Part shown: piece by piece, positions 12,162 through 23,600 of the stretch
Layout: each line of letters begins with the position of its first letter
Position numbering within the stretch: position 1 is the first letter of the stretch
Assembly (NCBI GenBank): GCA_030141605.1
Contig: JAQGDQ010000006.1
Coordinates: 310,001 to 374,000, forward strand
Length of the DNA stretch: 64,000 bases
Direction of reading: 5' to 3'
Source of the DNA: Tubiluchus corallicola
Lineage: Eukaryota > Animalia > Priapulida
Made by a program: the position numbers and the translations under genes
The notes under the pieces: generated by a model
Database searches by the model: none
What the model was told of the DNA's origin: nothing
What the model saw: only the letters and a program-made list of their open reading frames with translations

Positions 12162-15100
12162 GTGAGTTCAACTGTCCTTGTTAAGTAGTTTGAATTCAGA
12201 AAAATAAAGGTCTTATGGTTTGTTTAGGATTATGAATATGATATTCAATTAAGTATGCAAAAGATTAAAATGTTTTGTACTAGCTTTTGTACTGATAAAG
12301 TAAATTAATTATTTAGACAGTTATATAAAAAGCACACTAGTGTATTGATTTGTAGTGTGCTTTCTTATATTTTATATAGCTGTCTAAATATATTTTATCA
12401 TTACAAAAGCTAGCACAAAACATTTTAATCTTATTTACTCATTATGTAAAAATAATTTCGTTTTTAGAACTTTTAGTTTAGATTAATTTAATTTTTTTCG
12501 CACAATAAACAAGGAAAGGTACAACAAAAGTACTGGGACCACCGGCGTGCTGGAGGAATAATAATACCAATTCAAAAGATTGAGTGTTAATAAATCTGAT
12601 GGACAAGAAACAGAACAGATGACCAGTCAGATTTCAACAAGATTAATATCTAAATATTTTTTTAACTGATTAACGAATTATTACTCATTACGGAAATCGT
12701 ATTACAGAGTCGCTTGTTGATATAGGCGTATATGATAAAAACAGTGATGAGTAGATTGAAGCTAAGAACTTTCACATTTTGTTTAAACAAATTGGCATAA
12801 TGGAAGTTCCCAGTTTACGACTTTGCCAATTTACACGAATTATGGCTTTAAGAAGGGGTAGTTAGATAACATGTAGTGTTCTTCTGAGATTTGTCATCGT
12901 CATAATCGTAAACAAAACAAAGTGGCCGTCAAATCTCAAAAATTTTTATTTTTCAAAATTTTTGAGACTTAACAATCACTTTGTCTTGTTTACGATTATG
13001 AGGGTAGCTAGACAATTTTTACCTAATTTAACGATGCTAAATTTTATTAAATAGCACTATTTTTTATTGTCTACTGAACAAGAGATTAAAGCATGTTTTG
13101 CCTTTTTTAATCTTTGTAAAAGTTAGCTCATCTTTACAGCTATTTTGTCTTTGGTGGCATTTGTTAATGCTTTAATTTTGTCAGATTTGTGCGATTGATT
13201 CCAAAACTGGGTTATATAATACACTCATTTGACTGTTTAACCTTTTGTGCACTTGCACATTTAACATAATAACAGTTCGATATATTACATTAACCATTTC
13301 GCTATGTAAGGCGGCAGTGTGCCGCCTATGTTTTTCATGCAAGTGACGGCAAGTTGTAGACTACTGCCCAAGCTCAGCACTAAATGCAGTCACCCAGGTC
13401 TGTTTACTTCGTAGAAAAGTTTAGCAACTGCCGGTTTGGGGTTGCTTCGCAACAAGTAATGCTAACCAGCCAATTAGCATCTGTAGTAGGGTGCATTCCA
13501 CAATACTGGTCTGTATGGTATGTTCTCACGCAAAATCACTTGTAGATCATTGACGAAGCGTATGCTTATTTATGAGGTTGTGCACGTGTGTGTGTGTGTG
13601 CGTGCGTGCGTGCCTGTGTGGGTTTGCATGCGTGCATACTAATATTTAATATTAGTACTCAATAATGAACAACTATTTGTTTATTTACAACATTTTGGTT
13701 TATTAACCCACCAATTGAAGTTATTGTCAAATGTGAAAAGGTCAGTGTGGCCTAGCTAAAAAGCAGCTACATAGTGAAAGGTTTAATACACATTGAGCAA
13801 AAACAGATGAGCATCACGCTGCATCGAGTAGCTAAAAATACTAGTATCATGTTGTAGAAAAACTCAGTGTTTGCAGACTTGTTTTTTTCTAAATGCAATC
13901 TAAATTTTGTTCTTCAATAGTATTAACATACATTTGGGTGGCCCTTTTAAACTGATTAACTGTAACAGCTTCCATGGCCTTTTGAAGTAATCCGTCCCAC
14001 GGATCAATTATCCTTTGGCTAAAAAAACATTTTCTGACATTCAGCTTTGTTCTTTTTTTATACAATTGTAACTGGTGTAGTCCCATGGTCCTCCTATGAC
14101 TTCTAAATGTGAAGAATTTAGACAATTTATTCCTATGTCTTTGTCAATATCATTTATGTAAATTAAATTAGAATTAAAGGTCCCAGGACTGATCCTTGAG
14201 GTAATAAAAGGTTATGTGGAAGAGAAGAGGTCATTTTGAATATTTTGAAGAAAATCATCAGAATTAACTGTACATTAAATTTTTAGTGTTGATCAGAATG
14301 TTAGAATAATTCTAGACATGGAGATAATTCTTTATGATAAGAATAAATACATCTAATAAAAATATTACTTTTTTTATTATTTTGTGACTGATGTAACCAA
14401 AATTATTTTTCTTTATTGTATGTTCATTCAGTGAACACAAAACTGCAACATGTTTGCAGTGCTCAGCAGTTGTGTTTAAGTCGTTTTTGGTTCTACATCA
14501 CTCATTTTTATAATGATGTTTGTGATACGTATTTATTAACAATACCAGCACACTGACATAATTCCTGTCTAGATACTTTGAGATTCAGCAAACATGAACA
14601 ATTTTTACTTACAAGCTACGTTAATTTAGACAATGTTTTGCATAATGGTATTTCTTTGGCAGAAATCTTCATGGCTGAGTTGTGAAGTTTTAACAGATCA
14701 GTTGTAACCATCTCTTTTAATTCTGTGCATTGACCGATTCATCTATTTTTCATAATGATCTGCAGCCTTGTCCTCAATACTAGATCCTACAAGGAATTTT
14801 TGTATAGAACCATCTTGTAGTTTTTTGTACCTTCTCCTTTTCTTTATACAATATTCCAGGGTGCTTTAATGTGAAAGTACACTGCCATGTGTATTTACAT
14901 ATAATTAACTGGTTTCACGATTCCTTTTTTCAGTCTACTATTACGCTTTACTGATGATACTTTTGACCCGGAACAGGCTGCCACAATAGGGGTAGATTTT
15001 AAAGTAAAGACTATTTCTGTAGATGGCAACAGGTGTAAACTGGCAATATGGGTGAGTAATTTTAAGTATTTTTTGAGTTCTGATGCTATCGTATGTTAGA

Positions 15101-18100
15101 GATGTTCCTTTTTTGCTAAGGTAGTGAAATCTGAAAGCAGTTTTGAACTTGTATTATATGTCATATTGCTAACTTGTAAATGCTTATGTAAATTTTATAC
15201 TAAACTGCCTAACTTTTTCCTACTTTCTTTGGCTGCTTGGAAATAGTGCCAGTATATAAAATTACGTCATGATTTATGCACGTAAGTTGTGCGTAACTGG
15301 TATTCTGCTTTTTGTCACTTACATGTGTGACTCTACAACAAATTTGAATAGTCTAGTTACAATGAGGTGTTGCTCTAATTGCACCCTTTGCACATGCATA
15401 GGCCACGCGTGTGACACTTGTGAACAAAAAATTTGTTATTTTATAATGTTAAAATGTAAAAACTGTTATTTTATAATGATAGTGTGTTGATGATGTAAGC
15501 TAAGTTTAAATTATCTTTTCACAGGACACAGCAGGCCAAGAAAGATTTCGCACACTAACACCAAGTTATTACAGAGGTGCACAGGGTGTGATATTAGGTA
15601 GGTTGTAATACTTGACTAATCATACAATTCAGTTCAACAGTATAATAATCAGAGTTCATAATCTCAGCATACACTTTCAAAATGACATCTTGTGGGCTGT
15701 AATTTTTTGCAAAAATGATACTGACAAGATTACTAATATTTCATTCTATAATTGTTCTATGAACCAACATTCCTTTTAAGAAGTCATTGCCATTGAGCAA
15801 ATATTGCTATAAGCTGACTTGATGCAGGATAAAATATTTGACAGGATTTTGGTATGTTGAGCCAATTTGAATATGCATTGGAGATGAGCAAAATAGAACA
15901 GATAGTTGTCATACCTGATCACTGTATCATAAATGCTAATTTTATTGCTGTGTGGTAAAGTCTTTTGCAAATGCTGCACATGCAGGAAATCAAGAAATTA
16001 ACTCTCGCTAAACGTAAAGAAAGTACGTAAAACCTATCACGTGTAGCTATAAATGTTTTTAATATTTTTTCCAATATTTTAATCAATTTTTGTAATTATC
16101 TAATCATTTTTTCCAAAGCTGATTGGTGTATCATTGCCTAACACTCTGTAGAGGAAACACTATTATGTTTGCAATATGAATTGTAGTCTGCAACATTGCC
16201 ATAAAATGTCTGTCTGTTCTTAATTGACCACTTTTGTTACTTAGTCAATGCTGTTCGTTTCAGTTTATGATGTTTCAAGTAAATCATCTTTCGACAAACT
16301 TGGTGTATGGCTAAGTGAGCTGGAAACATTTTCTACTAGAAACGATATGGTGAAAATGCTAGTTGGGAACAAAATTGACAAGGTTTGTTATGTAACTTTT
16401 AACAACTTAACAAGACAAACTGAAATAAAAAGCTAATACAGTAGTCCGCTTAATAGACTCACTTTGGGACCGACGTGTTTTGACCAAATTAACCGATTGA
16501 ACCTATTAACCGATGGGTGAAGTATTACTGCTATAGAAGTATAAATTATCGGCTTACTATGCACTGCAAAGGCTTTTAATCAAATTTAGAAATGAAGTAA
16601 TGCCTAAATTCCTTTGTTCAGTTAGAAATTAGAAAAAAATATTTTAAAACATTAATTTATATAAGTGAATTAACAATAAATTAAAAAGTATACTTTTCTA
16701 GATCACACAAGTCTGTCTATTTGCAAAAATTACAAAAATTCCTTCAAAGTTGGCTACTTCATTTTCTCGCGAAGAAGTTGTCTCACAAAGTTGTCGTAAT
16801 TATAAAAACGTTGAAAATCTGTTGCTGTGTGATGCACGTATTCTGGTAAAACATTTAGCGCTTGATGTGCTTGAACTGCAGTTGGTGGTGCCGAGTAACG
16901 AGGTTAATTGCAGTGGGTAAGCGGATACAGATTCAAAGCAAAACCACTACACTAGCGTATCTGTTTATAAACGAAATGGTACTTAACATGGTTGTTTCTG
17001 CATACATAGTGCACAAAAGGGAAGTAAAGATGACATAAAAGTAGGAAAGGCTGTTTGGGCATATGCAAATGTCTTATTTTAAATATGTGAAGGAAAAATA
17101 TTGAGTCAACTAAGCGAAGTTGTTTGAGTCAATTACCTATAGTTTTTATGTGTATTTGAATAGAAGCGGCCCGTTTCAGGCATTTTTGAGTCAATTAAGC
17201 TATTGTCTATTAAGTGGCGACTACTGTACCTTTTGTTTCTTACTAAATTCTATGGCAAAAAAATCAGTTATAGGCTCATTTTTCCAAATCAGTTTGTTTT
17301 CTGTCTTTTTTTTATTGTACAAAATAATATTAATACTGTACTTCTATAATATTCAATGTTTTTTTGTTTAAATAAACTTTGTTATTTGCTATCAGTATAT
17401 GTATTTCTTTAGGATAAACGAGAGGTTGAACGATCTATGGGAATGACATTTGCCAGAAAACACTCCATGTTATTTATTGAAGCTAGTGCTAAAACCAGAG
17501 ATGGAGTTCAGTGTGCATTTGAAGAGTTGGTGGAAAAGGTTGGTGTTTGTTCAACTGTTTAAGAAGAGGGTGATAACATTTCGAATTGAACGAACTTGAA
17601 GTTTTATTTCTTGGAAAATATAAGCATTCTTATTCTTCATAACTAATTACTAAATCAAACTTTTTACTGGATTTTTTTCTTGATACTTTGTATGTATTTT
17701 TTATTGTCTACACACTTTTCTTCACTTTCTTTTCCTATTCTAATGTCTTCATTCTTACTTGTTCCCTGTACTTGTCTAAATATACTTGCTAGAGATGCGC
17801 ACAAATCGATTATTCGAATATGTTTGTTATTGTTCCAATAATAATAATATACTATTTGATTATTTGGCTTTGCATACTGTTGACCATTTGCGAAATGCCA
17901 CCTTGGCCCTGAGGCAACGCCATTGTCCTGATAAAAATAATCTGCAGTCTTTGCTGTCATATGGTAGAAAAACAATTTTTTCACTGTTATCTCACTGACC
18001 TGGGTAATTCACTAGAAAGTCAGTGGCATCAGAGAACTTACCTAGAACTTGCTAAGGGTACATTTTGGAAATATTCATGCAAATACTGCACAATGTTCAT

Positions 18101-19060
18101 TTTGCAAAAAAACTTAGGCTAAAAAAATTAAAATCAGTAGTATGTTTATCTGTTGCTTCTTACTTATTTTTGAATCATTATGACAAACAAACTTGTGTAT
18201 CATACATATTGGTGTTGCAGCCAATTAAATGTACAGCACTGAATAATTTTTATTATTAACGATACTTTTTGTGTTGTTGCATAAATTGTCTAACTTCAGT
18301 ATCGTTTTTTGTCGTTCGAAGTAATTTATCGTATCGTATCATCTAGAAAAGCCAGTTTATCGTTATCGTATGTTTGAAAAGTATCGTATCGTATCTTCAA
18401 ATTTGTATCCATTAACAGTATCCCTAGTTCCAAGTTCACCTGCCAAATTAGAAAAGAGAAAAAAACAAAAATATTCGTTTAGTTGAATCATATTAAATTA
18501 CGACATTAGTTTACACCAGAGCGCAATATGCGAGATCTTCAGGCAGAGTTACCGATGACAGAATCGTTCGTATGCCAAATTCCTGATATAATTAGGCCAA
18601 ACGAAGCCAAATTTAGCCAAATTCATTAAATAGATTATGACCGTGAATGTCAGAAGTTAATAAACTATTGCCGTGTATTTCACAATAACTATAAATTCTG
18701 CTGGCTAATGAGTTCTTGATAAACCAAATGCCTAAGACAAATTCCAAAATATTAGTTAAATAAAGCCAGTTGAATAAAGTTTCATTATGGTTGCGAAGAA
18801 CTTGAATTTTATTCCTGAAAACTTGGCACTTGAACAAGGTCATTTTAGTGGGACTTGCCCATCACTGTGATTTCCTGTGCCAAATTTTCCACTTTTGATT
18901 ATCTGCAATAATTATGAAGTTTATTATTCTTTTCATTACCCTTTTTCAGATTATTCAAACTCCTGGTCTTTGGGAGACAGATCGGCAAAGAGGGTTAATT
19001 TTAGCAGATGGAAGCACTTCTAATCGCACACAGGGAGGATATTGTTGCAAGTTTATGTGA
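12091..19060 (+). CDS. RAB18: Ras-related protein Rab-18, spliced gene, 205 aa
   Basis: Exons 12091-12161, 14934-15051, 15525-15597, 16264-16382, 17413-17538, 18950-19060 join in frame. Motifs [47 protein letters not shown], and Rab18-typical [16 protein letters not shown] and [12 protein letters not shown]; C-terminus GGYCCKFM. Confidence 0.97.
12261..12432. repeat. Long imperfect palindrome in a RAB18 intron
   Basis: aagattaaaatgttttgtactagcttttgta...atttagacag..aagcacacta paired with tagtgtgctt..ctgtctaaat...tacaaaagctagcacaaaacattttaatctt. Confidence 0.85.
12900..13001. repeat. Imperfect palindrome in a RAB18 intron
   Basis: tcataatcgtaaacaaaacaaagtg..tctcaaaaatttt paired with aaaatttttgaga..cactttgtcttgtttacgattatga. 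Confidence 0.85.
13294..13782. mobile_element. TTAA-flanked (piggyBac-like) MITE
   Basis: TTAA-ccatttcgctatgta ... tacatagtgaaaggt-TTAA: imperfect terminal inverted repeats with TTAA on both sides. Confidence 0.55.
13889..14205 (-). mobile_element. CR1/L2-clade LINE 3' fragment
   Basis: [44 protein letters not shown] resembles the CR1 ORF2 C-terminus (TRGH..KL..RK.FFS.RVV..WN.LP); an RT motif PQGSVLGP is encoded at about 14180-14203. Confidence 0.8.
14934..15051 (+). CDS. RAB18: RAB18 coding exon 2
   Basis: [39 protein letters not shown]. Confidence 0.95.
15525..15597 (+). CDS. RAB18: RAB18 coding exon 3
   Basis: [24 protein letters not shown]. Confidence 0.95.
16264..16382 (+). CDS. RAB18: RAB18 coding exon 4
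   Basis: [40 protein letters not shown]. Confidence 0.95.
16439..17226. mobile_element. Non-autonomous pogo/Tigger-type element (MITE)
   Basis: TA-CAGTAGTCCGCTTAATAGAC ... GTCTATTAAGTGGCGACTACTG-TA: terminal inverted repeats with TA target duplication. Confidence 0.85.
17413..17538 (+). CDS. RAB18: RAB18 coding exon 5
   Basis: [42 protein letters not shown]. Confidence 0.95.
18950..19060 (+). CDS. RAB18: RAB18 last coding exon
   Basis: [36 protein letters not shown], stop TGA. Confidence 0.93.
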   Translation: MIQTPGLWETDRQRGLILADGSTSNRTQGGYCCKFM

Positions 19061-20489
19061 CCTAGAAATTAAGATATAATATTAGAACTCTTTACGACTT
19101 TACATTTTTACATCAATTTCTGTATTTCGATCTGCAATTTCTTGTTGGTCGTAGTTGAAGGCAACATCGGAAAATGCAGCTCATAAATACTCTGACTTCC
19201 TACAGTTTGTCTGGCAAACCTAACCTTTTCCCAAATAAAAGGTTATTTAATAACCTTTGGTTAACTGAAGAAATGAAGTAAAACATATTATTTTTCTCAT
19301 GTTTTCTCATCCAGTACCCTTATATTTGGTTTCTAAGAACTCTTCAGTCTTGATTCCAATACTGAGCTATGTTTAGCACACATATAAGGAAATAGACATT
19401 GTTTAAATTTTTTTCTAATAGAGCTGGCTCTATGCTACATAGATAGTGTATTGTATGTCCAGTTTTACATTGTGTTAATATATGTTTGTGTGTTTATGCA
19501 AGTCTTCCGGTAGGCTTGTAAGCGAATATTTTTGATACCGGTTTATAGTGTGGTGATATGGGTAAATCTGGAGGAATGTTTTTTCAAATTATTAGAACAC
19601 GGACTTGAGTTTTAAAATTCGTGCATTTACGGATATATGCATATAATGCTTATATGCTTATATCTGTCATTAACGTAAATTAATCTTAACAATTCAAGGA
19701 ATAATATTTGATTCGTAACAATTTCCAACTTTAGTTCACTTTTTATGATTTTTGATTGCCATTTTTTTAAAAAAAAATCGAGTTTGTGGCACGACGTTAG
19801 TAACTTTAATGTAATTGACTAGCCAAAACCAAAATAGAAACAGCATTAATTTTTTTATTTGCATACACAAGTGAAACTTGGCTAATCTCTAGTGTTTTAT
19901 TTATACTGTCTTGAACTAAAATAGTGTAGGTAGCTGTAAATAACTTTCATCTCTAATGTGATGTAGAAATGACACTGAAACAGGTGCTGCCTTTACCATA
20001 ATAAATAATTATTATTTTGTTGTGCAGCATGCAGCACCAGTTTCAAAACAAAATGTGCATTATAATACTGACAAAAAGATTATTTAAACTAATAGATTTT
20101 ATTTTATTTACTTGCTGATAGTTTGATAGTTGATAATCAAAAAAAGAAATTCAGTTAATTGACACATACATAGGTAATAAAAATGAGATCAATTGCTCAT
20201 TGTGTTAGAAACGTTGGTTGTAAAGCATTAAATATTTAATAATTCCTGTGAATTATGACTTTAAACCAGTGAAAACACATTAATGAGTACATACAGTAAA
20301 CACTAGGAAAAAGTTTGTAAATAAACTTACTTTCAAAGTAAACTTAAAACTTAAGAGCCTTGTTAGTTTTTATTCTGAAATGACATACATGTACAGTGAG
20401 GTACATATGGCTAATGAAATCACATTTTGCTGCATATAAGTTGCCTAAGCAGCATGTACAGAAATAAAAACAACACCAAAAGCTCAGCA

Positions 20490-20624
20490 TCACCTATCCA
20501 CAGAAAATATTCTTCGAGAAGTGGAACCATTGGCAGTGATTGGTGTTGTTTGCTGTTGGTGTGCCAAAGCTGATTCTGTTATGAAAATTAATGGTATAAA
20601 CTGCACTTTTCCACTGCTCCAACA
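20490..20624 (-). CDS. AAAS: AAAS last coding exon
   Basis: [44 protein letters not shown], stop TGA. Confidence 0.9.
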   Translation of the reverse strand, partial: CWSSGKVQFIPLIFITESALAHQQQTTPITANGSTSRRIFSVDR

Positions 20625-23600
20625 CTGCAAATTTAAAAGACTATTTTGTAAACACAATTATAATACCTGGCAATTCCATTGAATTTAAAAAAACCACAAG
20701 GTACGTATTGTGACGTTAACTTGTCATTTATGCCACACGAGACTAATGCTGAATGAGCATGTAACTCATACTTAGTTGCCAACAACTAACTTGTATTAAA
20801 GTGATGGACATTTAAATCTTTATATATGTTTGATAAATCATGTAAAATACAAATCATCAGTTTATAAACTGTGATCACTCCGCCTTTCTTCACCTCATAA
20901 TAAATTCGTATATTTTATTACAGGTTGCCGTCCACATTAACAACACTGTCAGACTCCCACAGCAGTGCTAAACATTTACTTTATGCAACTACTTGTTAGA
21001 TTATTTTGAGCTAACCAAACACACTGGACCTAGTTGCATAGTTGCGTCTTTGCAAATGAATAGAACAAATCAAATGCTCTGAAAAAAATATTTGAAAATA
21101 CAAGATGACAAGTCGATGAAAGTTGCACAGCATATACTACAAGCAACAAAAATCCAAAAGCCACATTAATCTTCTCAAAGAGTCACACACCCATGTCTAA
21201 TAATAGTAAAAGTCTAGTAGGCAGATTAATAATTATTGTAATGGTTTCATATATACAAAAACAATTTTAAAAAATTACCACAGTTAATAAAGCACCCTGC
21301 TTGAAACCAGGCTGAAATCTAATTATGTTAGGGGTGTCACCATTCTCCCCTCTAACATATCCACTGAAAAATAAAACAGAAGGTAAATAACATGATATCA
21401 ATTGTTTATAAGGTTTTATTTAATTAATTTCACTTTTATCAATTGTTACACCCACAACAATGATGAAATAAACTCCCAATTATGAGTTTATTCCATCACA
21501 TCATGATACCAGATTGAAATTCTTTACAACAAATTAAAGGACAAGAAAACAGAATTCTTAAATAAAGCTTTAAAAAATTTGTCTTGAAGTTTTGTATCAA
21601 CACTTGCATGCAGTCTTTGTATACAGAACTTGCATTAGCAGTATCACTGTATAAAACTTGTAAATCAAGTGAAAATTTTGACTGGTATTACATTTTGTTA
21701 TGTAATACTGACTGATTGCTATGCAATTTTAAATTTGAATTGCATTATAGATACACTTACGAAAACATAAAAACATTTGCAAAAGTCCTTGAACATTACT
21801 AATTTACCTTATTTCTTAAAATTACTTTAAGATCGCTGCAGGGCAATCTCAAATAATCTAATGAGTAGATTATATAACTAAAATTGTTTTGATATGCAAT
21901 ACTACTTTTCACATTTCCATTGGATTAATGTATATAGTAATAATAAATCATTAAAAATTATGGTCCTCAATAATATATGCAAAGATATTAACAGAAGTAG
22001 CAATGGTTATGTTTTAAAAAATGCTTCACAAAAAATTCATTTGCTGTACAAAATATTGTTGTGTGTTTCGTATAGAAATTACTCTTCATTACTTTTAAAG
22101 TAAAATTTTTCCCAAAATTTAAACCCCCGCACTGACAATCAGATGCAACAATTTTGACAGTCAATTAATAAGTAAGAAATTGAAGCAGGTTCAGATAATA
22201 TGACGTATAATTCAAAAAATAATCAAAGCATCCACACATTTCACCAACTAAGCAATGTATATATTACTTTATTTTATCTATAATTAATAAAAAATTATGT
22301 TATTTTGGTGAAACAGTGACACTCTACCAGTTCCGTGAACACTATAAATTATTAAGAATTTTCTCTTCCAGTTATGTAAGCCTTTCACACAGGTGCATGT
22401 AATGCTAAGTAACATAACTCAGTAAGGAAAATTTCTTGAGACATAAAATTCCCTCAAAATTTCTTCTACTAGCAGTACTTTTTCCAGAAAAAACATCAAA
22501 TCATATTATCAAGTATGGAATGCTGACTATATTATAAGTTTGTGCCAGCTGCAATTGTTTTCACTTTCTAACATCCCAAAAGATAGGAATTAAATTTTAC
22601 TTGTCATTTTGTAATTATTTCAAAACAAAAGCATATTTGCTATAAATGTAAATTCAATAGTTTAGGGACTGTCGTTGACATTTTCTTAAAATGAGTAAGA
22701 ACAACTTTATTTATGGAAATAAAAAGAACATTACCATGGTGAAATGTCAACAACTGGATGGATTCTAGTTCTAAACAGTGCAACCATCTTGTTACAACAG
22801 CAATGATTGTTATCTCCAATAGCTAAAATCAAATAGTAATTTATTAGGCATTACCATCAAAGTCTTTGATTACGTCACACAAATGATGATAATCATGTAA
22901 AGGTTTTATGCAGTGCTTACATTTGAATATCACAGCAAGTCTTTCTCCAGTTGGATCCCACACCATGTCTTGTACAATCCCACCAATACTAAACACAATT
23001 GCAACATTAAAAAAGTTTCAGGTGCATAAATTACACTAGTATAAAAACTGCTACTAACTCTTTGCAACATGTTGGCTTTGTTCGATATTATCATGGTATG
23101 CTGTCAATTTTAAAATTATAGAACACTTGAAACTTTTAAAAACCAAAACTGGCCTTTTTCAGGGCTAATAAATTTAAATTAAAGAAATACTGATCCTGCT
23201 CTTTCTTTGAAAGGAATTGCAAGTTTTTTTATACATATAAATGTAGAAGAGTTACTATTTGTTATTACGTAAGTTCCCCTTTTTTACTCATGTTTTGTTA
23301 CAACAGAGGCAACTGGCAATGTTATAACAAAATTAGTGCTAACCACTTTTTACAATTTAAGCTACTACATGTAAGATCGCCAACTTTCTATTGTGACAGG
23401 AAGTAAGGACTGGTAAGTATGTAGGCTCTTGTATGCATTGGTGAAAAAGGTAATGGAAAATTAGAATAGCTTGCAGAGACTGCAGAATATAGAAAGTGCT
23501 TTTGTATGAGACAAATATATCATACCGATGAGTTTGTTCGCCTGTTTCGTATAAAACTTCACTCAAATCCACAAGCGGAATAGCTGCTTTAGAACCACCT

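Noticed and set aside
12744-12890. Possible box C/D snoRNA in a RAB18 intron (GTGATGA ... CTGA)
   Set aside because: The boxes are about 140 nt apart, with no convincing terminal stem or recognisable rRNA-complementary guide.
17790-18427. hAT-type MITE (TAGAGATG ... TATCCCTA with GTATC repeats)
   Set aside because: The ends match poorly and I found no 8-bp target duplication; probably fragments of separate elements.
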